Below, in pieces: positions 48,654-59,304 of a stretch of DNA of 64,000 nt. The position numbers and the translations under genes are program-made. This DNA is from an uncultured virus (IMG/VR IMGVR_UViG_3300030104_003133) (lineage: Duplodnaviria > Heunggongvirae > Uroviricota > Caudoviricetes), in the IMG/VR virus record IMGVR_UViG_3300030104_003133. One strand, written 5' to 3'. Position 1 is the first letter of the stretch; each line of letters opens with the position of its first letter. Below the pieces are notes generated by a model. It was not told where the DNA came from. It made no database searches and saw nothing but the letters and a program-made list of their open reading frames with translations.

Positions 48654-49877
48654 ATGGAAGATAAAGTAAATATGGAAATAGCCAAGGCTGCTGAAGTCTT
48701 GGGAATAGAGGTTTCTGAAACAGAAACAAAGTATATGGAGATTTGTGAAACAAACAATCTCAACCCCATTGAAGATTGGGCTTTGGCTCTATCTTTGTTT
48801 AGACAATGGTTTAGTGGAGCATACGCTTACAAAGATGCACCACCACAAGAATCTAGTGGTAATTCACTAGTAAAGAAAGCATCAGGATATTTCATATCTT
48901 TAGATGCTCCTAGAGATATGGCTAAGATGCAGAATGAGAGAATTAAGAATGAATATCTCCGTGATGCAGATACCACTTATTCTCTTGGTAAAGTAGCCGT
49001 TGTTCTTGAGCAAGACGGTGGCTATGAGATTAGTAGAATGCATAAGGGTGAAGAACAGATTAAGACTGTATCAGACCTACCAAACAATCATCATGAGATA
49101 GAAGTAGGTAAGTGGATTGTTCCACTAGACAGTATGCAACAGTATTCAAGTGGCCCTAATTCAAACTATGGTAGACCATTACCTGCTGAACAGTTTAGAC
49201 TAGCAGGTGTGTTTATTGGTACTGTTGATGGTAATGAGGGTGTTTATTACTTCTCCTACAAAGGAGATGGTTGTAAGACTTTCAATCCACAGACGTTCCA
49301 TTATGTGCATTTTGACTGTATTCCTGATAGTAATAATACTGACAGGGTTTATGGTTTTAAGATGGGAACAATGGAAAGCCTAGTGTATAATGCAGATTTA
49401 TCTGATGATGACCCACGAAAGACTGCAAGCCCATCTGTATCTGATTTACAGAATCACATGATGGAAAATGCAATGTCACACTATTGTAGTCTATCAGATA
49501 TAGCAAGGCATCATTCAGAATCAGAAGGCAAGCCGTATGCTCAAAGGTTTGTTATTACTGATGGTTCTGTATCTAGTGTTAACATGACACCAAACAGTAT
49601 TGGAACAAGAAGGATAACTGTAAGCGATTTGAATTCTGACTTCGATTATGATGGTGGTTCATGGGCGGGAACAACTTGTTGGATTCCCGCTAACATTGAT
49701 ATTGACTTTGGTATTGGTTCAACATTGGTTCTTGTTGGTAGAACATCACAAGGTAAGAATCAAGATGGTGGGCCGGGTGATATTACACTAAACGTTAGCG
49801 GTGTTCTTTGCACTGAGAATCGTGGTGTTGTAGCAGAACCCTATGAGTCAACAGAAGAAGATATTGATTGGTTCTAA
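48654..49877 (+). CDS. Probable RPA/SSB-like OB-fold protein
   Basis: Beta-rich C-terminal region, acidic EEDIDWF tail, position in the replisome cluster. Confidence 0.55.
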   Translation: MEDKVNMEIAKAAEVLGIEVSETETKYMEICETNNLNPIEDWALALSLFRQWFSGAYAYKDAPPQESSGNSLVKKASGYFISLDAPRDMAKMQNERIKNEYLRDADTTYSLGKVAVVLEQDGGYEISRMHKGEEQIKTVSDLPNNHHEIEVGKWIVPLDSMQQYSSGPNSNYGRPLPAEQFRLAGVFIGTVDGNEGVYYFSYKGDGCKTFNPQTFHYVHFDCIPDSNNTDRVYGFKMGTMESLVYNADLSDDDPRKTASPSVSDLQNHMMENAMSHYCSLSDIARHHSESEGKPYAQRFVITDGSVSSVNMTPNSIGTRRITVSDLNSDFDYDGGSWAGTTCWIPANIDIDFGIGSTLVLVGRTSQGKNQDGGPGDITLNVSGVLCTENRGVVAEPYESTEEDIDWF

Positions 49878-49943
49878 GACCAACATTCCTAGCGGTAGTA
49901 GTGTCCGTCAAAGGGGTGCAAAGCCCCTACAAAGGTGATTTAA

Positions 49944-50195
49944 ATGAAAAGCATGTTTAAAATAGAAAACGGAATAATACATGGTAGCAGTTATGCTACT
50001 TTGTTGAGAACTGTCGAGTTTATTACTTGGCGACTTAATGAGGATTCTGGTGAGTATTGGATGAAGTTCCATGTACCATCAGGTAAAGAAATAAGAATTA
50101 AGGTCAATGAAGAAGACCTACGCAGTATATTGAATGATTGGGCGGAATATGAATTAAAATTAGAATTAGGTGACGATGATGAGTTGGACTACTGA
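49944..50195 (+). CDS. Hypothetical protein
   Basis: GGTGA SD. Confidence 0.5.
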   Translation: MKSMFKIENGIIHGSSYATLLRTVEFITWRLNEDSGEYWMKFHVPSGKEIRIKVNEEDLRSILNDWAEYELKLELGDDDELDY

Positions 50196-51015
50196 GAATA
50201 AAGGAGATGCAGTTAAAGCAGAAAAGATTGCTCACGCAGAAGAAATTGACTTTGGTAAGGAGCAAGAAGAATGGAACAAGCAATATGCTAAGAAGTTCCT
50301 AAAGAAGAAAGATAAAAGAGCCAGACTAGTATTAGGTATATGGGGTAAGCCTAAGACTGGTAAAACTGGTTTATCACTTGACTTCCCAGACAAGACAATA
50401 TATGTTCTTGATTGGGATAGAGGTGTTGAATCCACATGGAGAGAACACCACGATTCTACTGATAGGATTCAAATCCATTGTCCTATCAATAGAGATAAGA
50501 GAAATGTTATTGACATAAACAAGTCTGAGAAAGAGTCTTTGATGTTCATTAATATGGTTAGGCAAAGAATACAAGAGGGAGAAAACCCTGTGTTTGTATT
50601 TGATGGCGTTGATACTTACTTCAACTCCTGTCTGCTAAAGGTCAATAATGACCCGACCAAAGTAACGAAGGTTATGCCTTGGCAGTACGGTGAAAGAAAC
50701 AAGACTTTCAACTTCATGATGGAAGCAGTTTATTCTCTTAATTGTGATGTGATATATATTACTCACGAAAAGGAACAGTACATTGACAATACTGTTGTAG
50801 GTTTTGTCCCTTCATGGCAAGATTGGGGTGGCAAACTAGAACAGGAAATTAGATGTTATAGTAGAGAAGACAAAGGGGAATTAAAGTATTTTGCTAAACT
50901 AATTGGTAGTAGAACCAAAGGTAATCTTGTTGGTACTACATGGACGACTAGGGATGGAAAACCACCTAATGTAGTTTGGCATGGTATTACTGAACTACGA
51001 GATGGTGCAATATGA
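50176..51015 (+). CDS. RecA/RadA-superfamily (Sak4/AAA_24-like) ATPase
   Basis: GKPKTGKT, VFVFDG, YITHE. Confidence 0.75.
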   Translation: MMSWTTENKGDAVKAEKIAHAEEIDFGKEQEEWNKQYAKKFLKKKDKRARLVLGIWGKPKTGKTGLSLDFPDKTIYVLDWDRGVESTWREHHDSTDRIQIHCPINRDKRNVIDINKSEKESLMFINMVRQRIQEGENPVFVFDGVDTYFNSCLLKVNNDPTKVTKVMPWQYGERNKTFNFMMEAVYSLNCDVIYITHEKEQYIDNTVVGFVPSWQDWGGKLEQEIRCYSREDKGELKYFAKLIGSRTKGNLVGTTWTTRDGKPPNVVWHGITELRDGAI

Positions 51016-51791
51016 ATGTAAAATTTACAGTAAATAAGAAAGAGTTTGAGTCGGCATTAAATGCCGTCACATTGAAAGGTAAGTACAAGAGTTCACACTC
51101 TTCAAAAACCGCAGTCATTAGTAATGATGTAGCCGGAGCGATAAGCGATGATGGCACTTCATTGACTTTGACAAATGCTAGTGATACAATGGCTGCAATG
51201 TGTAGCGTTGCTATTACTGACATACAAAGAAGTGGTAGTCTGTCAATGTTTATTTTTGAAGTAGAGAGAGTACAGAAGTATCTGAAGACTTTCAAGTATG
51301 ATGATATGCATGTTACGATTACTGCTTCTAATGTTATTCTAAAGACAGAATCACAAAGAGCGCAGATACCGTTGCTAGTAGAGCATTCGGGTATTACTGC
51401 TATCAGTAAGATTGTTGCTATGGAAATCAATCATGCAAGTGATGAGTTTCCTACGTTTGGTAGAACCACGTTTGAAACAAAGATAGCAGTAGAAGGTAGT
51501 GTTCTAGCAGATGCTATCAAAAACTGTGCGATTGTAGGTACTGCAACTTACAGGTTGAATGTTGGTGACGGAGAGTTTAGTTTGTCTTCTGTCAACTTTC
51601 ATCAAACTGAGAATTACAAGGTTACAATACCTGTGATTTCTTGTGAAGGTGAAGACTCAACACTAGAGTTTTCAGCACCACTAGACAAGTTTTGTTCTGG
51701 TGTAATGTACCTTTACTTGAAAGACGATGCTCCAATACTACTATGTGGAGCAGATAGAAAGTTAATAGTAGCACCCTATATTAGAGGATGA
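51012..51791 (+). CDS. DNA sliding clamp (PCNA-like)
   Basis: 259 aa two-domain alpha/beta pattern ending LIVAPY; precedes PolB. Confidence 0.7.
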   Translation: MNVKFTVNKKEFESALNAVTLKGKYKSSHSSKTAVISNDVAGAISDDGTSLTLTNASDTMAAMCSVAITDIQRSGSLSMFIFEVERVQKYLKTFKYDDMHVTITASNVILKTESQRAQIPLLVEHSGITAISKIVAMEINHASDEFPTFGRTTFETKIAVEGSVLADAIKNCAIVGTATYRLNVGDGEFSLSSVNFHQTENYKVTIPVISCEGEDSTLEFSAPLDKFCSGVMYLYLKDDAPILLCGADRKLIVAPYIRG

Positions 51792-51795
51792 TATA

Positions 51796-53466
51796 ATGAT
51801 AATTACTGCAATAGATAATGCGAATAAATTTGTTCTTAGATGGAGAGATGAGAACAATAAAAGATTAGAATCGGAAGTAGGCTATGCAGACTTCAATCCA
51901 TATTTTTACATCTTAGCAAATGAAACAGAACGCTCCGGTGTTAATATCACCGAGTATGTAAACGGTAGAAAGGATTCGTTTAGAATCAATCTTAATTATA
52001 CTGTTGATGGTTCTGTATCTCTTGATGGTAGGGCTTTGAAAAAAGTGACATGGACTCCACCAAGACCCGGATATACTAGAGAACTTCGTAAGCAATGGTC
52101 TGAAACTTTTGAGGCAGACGTACCCTTTCATTATCGGTATGCCATAGATTGTTTAACAAACCTGCCAGAATATAAACTAAGAAAGTTCTATTGGGATTTA
52201 GAGTGGCAACAACGTGGCCCCCATGATGGTGCTATTACTTGTATTTCATACTATGATAATTATTCAAAAGAGTCTAAGGTATATTGGTGGCAACCTGATT
52301 CTATTAATAGAAAAGTGAAAGGACACTCAAAGCCTTTTGATTCTGAAAGAAAGATGTTGTCTGCCTTTGTTGATGATATAATTGACAAAGACCCTGATAT
52401 GTTGATTGCTTGGTTCGGTTCAAAGTTCGACCTGCCTAAGTTAATAGAAAGACTACAAGAGAATGGTATTGACCCAAGAGCAATATCTCCTTGTCATGAT
52501 GTGAAAGGAGTGTATTATTCTGATGGAATTAAACTGAGTAAATCAGTTAAGAACTATACTCCTATCGAGCAACCAGTTAGAGGTAGGCTTATTCTAAATC
52601 TTGACTTGGCGTTTGAAAGACAATGGAATGATGCACAACGAGGAACACTACCTTCTTTAGCATTGGACTATGTATCTGAGAATGTTCTTGGTGAGAAGAA
52701 ACTAGTTAGTGAAAGGTTCCCAGATAAGAACCAATTCTTTTCTAGGGGATGGTTAGAAGATACTCAAAACTATCTTGACTATGCAAAGAAAGATGTTGAT
52801 TTGATTCTAAGAATAGATGAAGAAAACTATACTTCTGAGGCTATACTTTCTCTTCAACGTTTGATTGTTGCTCCTTTTGATGCTTGCTTCTATGCATCAA
52901 ATATGGGTGGTATTTACTTCATGCGTAATGCTACTTGGAAAGCACCGACAGGAGATAAAGAAGGTGAAAGGATTGAATATGAAGGGGCTATGATTTACAA
53001 TCCAGAATCAGAAGGAACAAACGGACTACACTTAGGAGTGGCTGCATTTGATTTTGCAGGTCTATATCCTTCTATGATGATAGCAAGAAATATATCTTGG
53101 GAAACTAAGTCTACTGAACCTACTGAGTTTGGTGTTAATGTTTTGATACCAAGAGATTTCAGTCCTGTTAAGTTTGAGGATTGGAAGTATTATAGAACAG
53201 ATGAATTAGGTCTTCTACCTAAAGCGGTATTAGACTTGAAGAAACTAAGAACAGAATATAAGAAGAGAATGTATATGGCAAAGGAACCTTCTGAATATGC
53301 TAAGTGGAATAACAACCAGTTAGCAGTTAAGAGATTGATGGCCTCCTTTTATGGAGTGGTTGGCTATCAAGGATTTGGTTGGGCTGATGTTGATTTGGCT
53401 GCTAGTATAACTGCTAGTGCTAGAGAAGCAATTAGAGAGGCTGCGTTTAAGGTGATGGAATTATGA
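51796..53466 (+). CDS. polB: Family B DNA polymerase, N-terminal part (exonuclease, motifs A and B)
   Basis: WDLE, FDLP, DFAGLYPS, KRLMASFYG. Confidence 0.92.
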   Translation: MIITAIDNANKFVLRWRDENNKRLESEVGYADFNPYFYILANETERSGVNITEYVNGRKDSFRINLNYTVDGSVSLDGRALKKVTWTPPRPGYTRELRKQWSETFEADVPFHYRYAIDCLTNLPEYKLRKFYWDLEWQQRGPHDGAITCISYYDNYSKESKVYWWQPDSINRKVKGHSKPFDSERKMLSAFVDDIIDKDPDMLIAWFGSKFDLPKLIERLQENGIDPRAISPCHDVKGVYYSDGIKLSKSVKNYTPIEQPVRGRLILNLDLAFERQWNDAQRGTLPSLALDYVSENVLGEKKLVSERFPDKNQFFSRGWLEDTQNYLDYAKKDVDLILRIDEENYTSEAILSLQRLIVAPFDACFYASNMGGIYFMRNATWKAPTGDKEGERIEYEGAMIYNPESEGTNGLHLGVAAFDFAGLYPSMMIARNISWETKSTEPTEFGVNVLIPRDFSPVKFEDWKYYRTDELGLLPKAVLDLKKLRTEYKKRMYMAKEPSEYAKWNNNQLAVKRLMASFYGVVGYQGFGWADVDLAASITASAREAIREAAFKVMEL

Positions 53467-53549
53467 AAAATAGAAGGGCATGTAGATGGTGCGGTGCTAT
53501 ACATCCTTTTGGTTTAGATAGAAGATATAAGTGTGGTGAATGTAAATGA
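53463..53549 (+). CDS. 28-aa C4 zinc-finger microprotein between the PolB halves
   Basis: MKNRRACRWCGAIHPFGLDRRYKCGECK; ATGA overlaps at both ends. Confidence 0.6.
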   Translation: MKNRRACRWCGAIHPFGLDRRYKCGECK

Positions 53550-54463
53550 AGGTGGTGTACGGACATACTGATTCTATCTATGTTCAAATGCCTATGGAGC
53601 AAGCAGAAGCAACTCTTCAATTATTGAATAATCACGTTAGACAGAAGTTTCCTAATCTGCTAGAATTAGATGAGCATCCTGTAACATTAGAGTTTGAGAA
53701 ATACTATCAATCTCTAGGTGTGGGTATGACTAAGAATAGAAACGCAGGTTTGATATCTTGGAAGGATGGTAAATACTTAGAGGAGCCAGAATTTGTAATG
53801 ACTGGTTTTACTGCTAAGAGATTATCAATTACCAAACTAGCAAAGGAAACTCAAATGAGTATTCTAAAGATGTGGGTTGGTCAATTCACCGAGGCAGAAA
53901 TAACAGGGATGCTAAAGAAAGCATATTATGCAGTTCTCGAAGGTAAAGTTCCAGTGGAGTACCTTATTAACAGAAGTAGATTTAGGCCGGAAAGATTGAC
54001 TTACAAATGTAAAAACTGTAAAAAACAATTATCAATACAAGATTGTCTTAATGCCCACAAAGAGGCACAAAGAGATAGTCATGATTCTTGTTGCCCTAAA
54101 TGTGGTCAGCCTCTTGAGGTAGTGACACAAGAGGGTAGAAGACCTAGTATTGGTTCTGGTATTGAGGGTGTTATTTGGAATCACCAAAATGAAGAAAACA
54201 AGATAGATGATTCATATGTATTCCTTAGAGTAGCAGATGATGTTCAAAGAGCAAAATACGTTAATCCAGTAACAGGTGTTAGGAAAAGACCCTCTTACAT
54301 TTCTGCATCAACAATAGAAGAGTTGGAGGAACACAAGGCGGATTTACCGCACTATGCAGAATCTATAATAAAGAAAGCCGAGCCAATTTACAGGGCAATG
54401 GGTTGGAGTCTTGACCCTATCAAACGAGATTCAAAACAAAAGACATTAGATGAATGGTGGTAA
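53546..54463 (+). CDS. polB: Family B DNA polymerase, C-terminal part (motif C, thumb) with Zn insert
   Basis: YGHTDS, LEFEK, CKNC/CPKC, PIP-like QKTLDEWW. Confidence 0.9.
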   Translation: MKVVYGHTDSIYVQMPMEQAEATLQLLNNHVRQKFPNLLELDEHPVTLEFEKYYQSLGVGMTKNRNAGLISWKDGKYLEEPEFVMTGFTAKRLSITKLAKETQMSILKMWVGQFTEAEITGMLKKAYYAVLEGKVPVEYLINRSRFRPERLTYKCKNCKKQLSIQDCLNAHKEAQRDSHDSCCPKCGQPLEVVTQEGRRPSIGSGIEGVIWNHQNEENKIDDSYVFLRVADDVQRAKYVNPVTGVRKRPSYISASTIEELEEHKADLPHYAESIIKKAEPIYRAMGWSLDPIKRDSKQKTLDEWW

Positions 54464-54465
54464 TA

Positions 54466-55332
54466 ATGAGAGAATATACATATCAATGGAATGTAGAAGA
54501 TGAAGAACCTACTTTGAAGATAACAAAATCTTCTTTTGGTTCATTTCAATGGTGTCCTAGAAAATACGAGTTTTCGTATATTGAAAGGCTACCGCAAGAT
54601 ACAAGTGAGGCTATGATTAAAGGTACTGCGGTACACAATAGTAGAGAAGATTTCTTTGATATATTCGATGTAAAGAAAGCGGAGAATATGTCAAATGACG
54701 AGTTGGTAGATTACAATATGGGGCTACACCCTATTGACGGATATACCGATATATACAGGAACATATCAGTCTTTGAGGCTAACAGATTCATGGAAGCCAA
54801 ACAAGCAAATAAACTAGAGAGTTATCTTCCTGTAATAAACGAAGTTAAGTTAGATGCTGAGTTATTTATTCCACAGGACTTGAATCCTAAATGCGTCTTG
54901 GAGCGTGACTATACAGTTCACCTACAAGGTATCATAGATAGGATGTTCATTGAAGATGGGGCTTACATACCCATTGAATTGAAGACTGGCCCTTGGAAAG
55001 ATTACAAGAGAACAAGCATGAGAAAGGAATTGTCCTTCTACAAATTACTTGTAGATAATGCACCTGATGATGTATTACAGAATGCAGGTATAGATAGGGA
55101 CATTCCTATTACTCATTGGGGATGGTACTATCCTGTATCTAATTATATTGAAACTGAGCCTGTTAAACAGACCAGTATCAATGCAGTAATGAGAGGCATC
55201 ACTCAATTGATTAAGGCATATGAAGATAAACACAATGGAGGAGAACAGTTTCCTACAAAGTATTACTTCAAGACCTGTCAGCATTGTAGTTTTATGCCTA
55301 TATGCGATGCAGCACAATCCGAGGCATGGTGA
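54466..55332 (+). CDS. Cas4/AddB-like PD-(D/E)xK nuclease
   Basis: WCPRKY, GIIDR, IELKTG, CQHC...C. Confidence 0.85.
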   Translation: MREYTYQWNVEDEEPTLKITKSSFGSFQWCPRKYEFSYIERLPQDTSEAMIKGTAVHNSREDFFDIFDVKKAENMSNDELVDYNMGLHPIDGYTDIYRNISVFEANRFMEAKQANKLESYLPVINEVKLDAELFIPQDLNPKCVLERDYTVHLQGIIDRMFIEDGAYIPIELKTGPWKDYKRTSMRKELSFYKLLVDNAPDDVLQNAGIDRDIPITHWGWYYPVSNYIETEPVKQTSINAVMRGITQLIKAYEDKHNGGEQFPTKYYFKTCQHCSFMPICDAAQSEAW

Positions 55333-55336
55333 TAAT

Positions 55337-55696
55337 ATGTTAAGTGAAAAGATAAAAGAATATTTGAGAGATAAAACTTGGAGTTTTAATGAGATAACAA
55401 ACATAACGGAAGTTATAGATGAGTTAGCAGATACAACCTATGGTGACTTAGATGCAAAATCTAAAGTTGATTTACTATGGGACGTTAATATAGAAGAGGG
55501 ACTAACCTTTGGTCAATTTTTTCAGGGGTTAGTTAAGAAAACACTAAAATCAGAAATAGCAATAATAGTGAAAGCAGAATTAGATTCTGCTATAATAGAA
55601 TTTAAGGTGAATAAAAATGAAGTTTCCGAGAGAAGTGTGGGCGGGGAGTCACATAAAGAACGCTCCACAGATGAAAAGACTAAAGATAAACAATAA
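55337..55696 (+). CDS. Hypothetical protein
   Basis: Start MLSEK after GGTGA. Confidence 0.5.
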   Translation: MLSEKIKEYLRDKTWSFNEITNITEVIDELADTTYGDLDAKSKVDLLWDVNIEEGLTFGQFFQGLVKKTLKSEIAIIVKAELDSAIIEFKVNKNEVSERSVGGESHKERSTDEKTKDKQ

Positions 55697-56612
55697 AGAT
55701 GAATTCGTAGTATGGGTTAATGCCTTTAATGGTAAGATGAATTGCTATACATCTGTATATGATTTTGGTAAATATGCTGAAGATGCAGCCATTGATTCTA
55801 CTTGTATCAAAGACAGAATGTTTTTAGATTTTGATGCACACGATGAGCCATTAGAAAATGCCTACTACGATTGTATTAGAGTATGTGATGTTTTATTAGA
55901 ACAAGATGTATTCTTCAATATGTATTTTAGTGGTAAGGGTTTTCATATGATAGTTTATGGAGAACAGGCTGATGATATCAGAAGCATTCAGTCGTATTTC
56001 ACCACGCTTACTCCTATTGCTCCGACTTTGGATAGGAGTGGAATTCAAGTTAAGAGGCTTCGTAGGATTCCTAACACAGTTAATCTTAGTAGCGAAGGCC
56101 CGTACTTCTGTATTCCTATCACAAGAGAAGATTTAGATTCAGGTCTAGACTCAATACTTGAAAAGGCAATGAAGGGTAATCACCCTCAAGTTAGGTATGG
56201 AAGTAAGTTAGTTCAATGGCCGAAAGTAAAGCCGATAGAAATGAGTGACATTGAAATCAATGCACCCAAACCTGTTGGTGAGTTACCAATACTACCATGT
56301 TTACACAATGCAATTATGGTAGAGAACCCCGGACATTATGCAAGAGTGTATCTAACACAATGGTATAGAGATATACTTACGATGAGAGAAAGACACATTA
56401 GCGAAGAAAAGAAAGCGGAAGTGATGGAGATAATAATAAATGAATTCAAAGCAATAGCAGACAAAGAAGACATATGGTTAGATTGGGATGAAAAGACCAC
56501 TAGGCATCATGTCAAGTTTGTAGTTGATGGTGGGTATCATGCTCCTAGTTGTAAAGACAAATTGATTCCGCAGGGTTATTGTCCCGGTAAGTGTTGGAGG
56601 TATTGCGAGTGA
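55617..56612 (+). CDS. Archaeo-eukaryotic primase, PriS fused to a PriL-like Fe-S domain
   Basis: FLDFD, SGKGFH, RRIPN; C-terminal PC..H..R..SC..C..C. Confidence 0.85.
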   Translation: MKFPREVWAGSHIKNAPQMKRLKINNKDEFVVWVNAFNGKMNCYTSVYDFGKYAEDAAIDSTCIKDRMFLDFDAHDEPLENAYYDCIRVCDVLLEQDVFFNMYFSGKGFHMIVYGEQADDIRSIQSYFTTLTPIAPTLDRSGIQVKRLRRIPNTVNLSSEGPYFCIPITREDLDSGLDSILEKAMKGNHPQVRYGSKLVQWPKVKPIEMSDIEINAPKPVGELPILPCLHNAIMVENPGHYARVYLTQWYRDILTMRERHISEEKKAEVMEIIINEFKAIADKEDIWLDWDEKTTRHHVKFVVDGGYHAPSCKDKLIPQGYCPGKCWRYCE

Positions 56613-56834
56613 TATGCGAGCCATTAGAACATGAATGGGAAGTAGAAGAAGTATCTGGTAATAAAGATATATACAAAGGAATAGTGATGAAATTGAGATG
56701 TAAGAAATGTAATGCATATTTGAAAGGAGAGATAATAACATGATTGATGCACATGATATAATGTATTTAGCAAGGCTAATGTTTTATCTATCTATAACGG
56801 CATATATTACAAACGAGTTATTGTTGGTGGTACT

Positions 56835-57515
56835 ATGAATAAGTTGATAATAGACAGTAGAGAAAAGTCTAATCTATCTGAGTTCATCATTTCAGAAGCA
56901 AGTAGAATGAATATACTTACTGAGAAACAATGGATAGAGATAGGCGATTATGTTTATCAAGATGTATGTTTTGAAGCAAAATCTACTATTGATTTCCTAC
57001 AATCTGTATTCAATGGAAGGTTGTGGAATCAAGTAGATAACATGGATAGACACTATGAATATAGTATAGTAATAATACACGGTTCGTTACATCAGGTTAT
57101 GGCATATCCAAAGTATGTTAATATGCAGATAAACGAACAATTACTGAAACACAAATTCTATGGTGCAATTGGTAGACTTACATTAGATACTGATTGTAAA
57201 GTGTTTTGGGTAGAAAGCCCTCAGAAGGCAGCCAAGATAATTACAACAATATGCAAGATGAGGCCAGTCAAAAGAAGTGTGATTCAACCAACGTTGTTGA
57301 AGAGAATTACAACTGATGACTTGAGATTAGATATGCTATGTACCATCAAGGGAGTTAGTAAATCTAAAGCAAAGAAAATTATAGAAAAGTATGGTTCTGT
57401 TATGGAAGTAGGAGAATCAAATGTAAATGAGTTATCCTCTATTGATGGCATAGGCCCAACGATAGCAAAGAGGATAATAGACACACTAAATAGTGAAGAG
57501 AAAGTGGTAGTATGA
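56835..57515 (+). CDS. ERCC4/XPF-like nuclease with HhH motifs
   Basis: IDSRE, GDY, EAKS..DF, GIGP. Confidence 0.88.
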   Translation: MNKLIIDSREKSNLSEFIISEASRMNILTEKQWIEIGDYVYQDVCFEAKSTIDFLQSVFNGRLWNQVDNMDRHYEYSIVIIHGSLHQVMAYPKYVNMQINEQLLKHKFYGAIGRLTLDTDCKVFWVESPQKAAKIITTICKMRPVKRSVIQPTLLKRITTDDLRLDMLCTIKGVSKSKAKKIIEKYGSVMEVGESNVNELSSIDGIGPTIAKRIIDTLNSEEKVVV

Positions 57516-58993
57516 ATTGGAGTGAAACTAATTATAATGAATATGAAGACGAACTGTATTACAGTTTCGTAGATGATAATACAACGACAGAAAGCAATAA
57601 ATTGACATTGCCAAAGATTGTAGAAAAGTGGACTGCTGATGCGGTGTTGGCATCTAATTACAACGATGTACCCGCAGCGTTAGCGTTCTTTTCTGTATTA
57701 GGTCAATTGTGTAAAGATATGATTGCTATCCCTAGTAACTTGAATGTTGATGATACTCGCATTCAGTTCCTTTGGATGCAAACATCAGGAACAGGAAAGT
57801 CAACATTGACTAATTGGTTCCTACCAGTATTGAGATTAACATTCGATACTATCAATGAAAAGCATGGTACTCATTTTGATATCTTTGATATTACAGATTA
57901 TACCGACGCTGCGTTGATTGGTTCTTATGAGAAGAGAAGAGAAGAAGTAGAAGATGATAACGGACAAATGAGAAGGATGGAAATTGATGTTCAAGTTCCC
58001 GGCCAGTTAGAAGGTGAAGGAATGGCTATGTGGGATGAGTTTGAGTATTCAGGTATATTCAAGCAAAGCCAACATAAAGAACAAGCAATCGTATATCTAA
58101 ATACATTCATGAATACTCTATGGGGAGAAACATGGGTTATCAGTAAGAAACTAAAACAGGGAGAAGACCCTATCATTTGTAAGTGTAGGCGTTCTGTATA
58201 TGCTACTACATATATCCCAAAGGAATTGACTACTGTAATTACTGAGAAAGGTGTACTTCAAAGGATTCTGATATTTATCTATGAAGTACCCCAACATCAG
58301 CAGAAGCAAATGAGAAGACAGTTAATCAAAGATTGGGGAGTTGTTGGTAATAGAGCATTACCTAAAACAACTTACGCCAAAAACTTCTTGACACTATATG
58401 ATACTCTAAAAGAAAGATTTGATGATGTAGGTCAAGACCCTCTAAAGACTATGAGGTTCAGTAAGAATGCAAATGACGCTTTAGAGAGAGAATGTGTATT
58501 AATGGAGAAATACATTGAAAGCAGTAGAATAGAAGTGTTTCAATCTGTTGAAACTTTCATTAACAGAATGCTTAAACATATTCAAAAGATGGCTATATTG
58601 TGTGCAGTAGCAGAAGCCCCAAGTATATCTGATAAAGATAAAAGGTTCATTGTTACGCAAAAAAATGTACTTCAAGCATCCTCTCTAATTAGGAAGTGCT
58701 ATAAGTCCCTCGTATCTTGGCTTGATGAAAGCCTACGGGAAGAGAAGAAGGGTCTGGAAGAAAGAGCCAATATAAGTGTCTTTAAAACGGTTTATCGTGA
58801 ATTGAAAACTAAAGACGGATGGGTTAACAAGAACGTTCTATTCCAAAAGGTTAGAGAGAAGACAAAGAAAGGACAATCAACACTATACAAATGGTGGGGC
58901 AAGATTGAAGAATATTTTGAAGAAGATAAAATAAACAGAGTAGTTTATGTAAAATTATTGGAGGACAACAAAAATGACAAAGTGGGAGAATAA
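57512..58993 (+). CDS. MCM-like AAA+ helicase
   Basis: SGTGKS, WDEF, LQR arginine finger, C-terminal wHTH. Confidence 0.7.
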   Translation: MNWSETNYNEYEDELYYSFVDDNTTTESNKLTLPKIVEKWTADAVLASNYNDVPAALAFFSVLGQLCKDMIAIPSNLNVDDTRIQFLWMQTSGTGKSTLTNWFLPVLRLTFDTINEKHGTHFDIFDITDYTDAALIGSYEKRREEVEDDNGQMRRMEIDVQVPGQLEGEGMAMWDEFEYSGIFKQSQHKEQAIVYLNTFMNTLWGETWVISKKLKQGEDPIICKCRRSVYATTYIPKELTTVITEKGVLQRILIFIYEVPQHQQKQMRRQLIKDWGVVGNRALPKTTYAKNFLTLYDTLKERFDDVGQDPLKTMRFSKNANDALERECVLMEKYIESSRIEVFQSVETFINRMLKHIQKMAILCAVAEAPSISDKDKRFIVTQKNVLQASSLIRKCYKSLVSWLDESLREEKKGLEERANISVFKTVYRELKTKDGWVNKNVLFQKVREKTKKGQSTLYKWWGKIEEYFEEDKINRVVYVKLLEDNKNDKVGE

Positions 58994-59207
58994 ATTTATG
59001 GTGTTCGATGCGGCCAATGGCCCTAAGAACGTGATAGATAACCTAAATACAGAAGGAGAGCAAGGTTGGGAGTTATGTTCAATTGTATCTGTTGGTGGAG
59101 GCGACCATATGATTGCCTTCCTAAAGAGAGCAAAGGACATTAAAATGCCTGACCCTGAAGAAGATAAGAAAGCAAATATCGCTAGACTGTGGGGAGGCGG
59201 AGAGTGA
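58974..59207 (+). CDS. DUF4177-like small protein
   Basis: KWEN..LNTEGEQGWEL..FLKR. Confidence 0.65.
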   Translation: MTKWENKFMVFDAANGPKNVIDNLNTEGEQGWELCSIVSVGGGDHMIAFLKRAKDIKMPDPEEDKKANIARLWGGGE

Positions 59208-59304
59208 TGGATAAAATTACTAAGCGTTTGATGAAAATGTATGGTATAAGCCGTTGGTCTTTTCTATGGCGTGGTAAAGACGATGATTTTGCGGAGTGAA
59301 ATGT

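Noticed and set aside
51796..54463. PolB pseudogene or sequencing frameshift
   Set aside because: Both halves keep their motifs and are joined by clean ATGA overlaps through an 87-nt ORF
54466..55332. Cas4 as evidence of CRISPR adaptation
   Set aside because: Stand-alone Cas4-like nucleases are common in archaeal virus replication modules; no cas1 or cas2 seen
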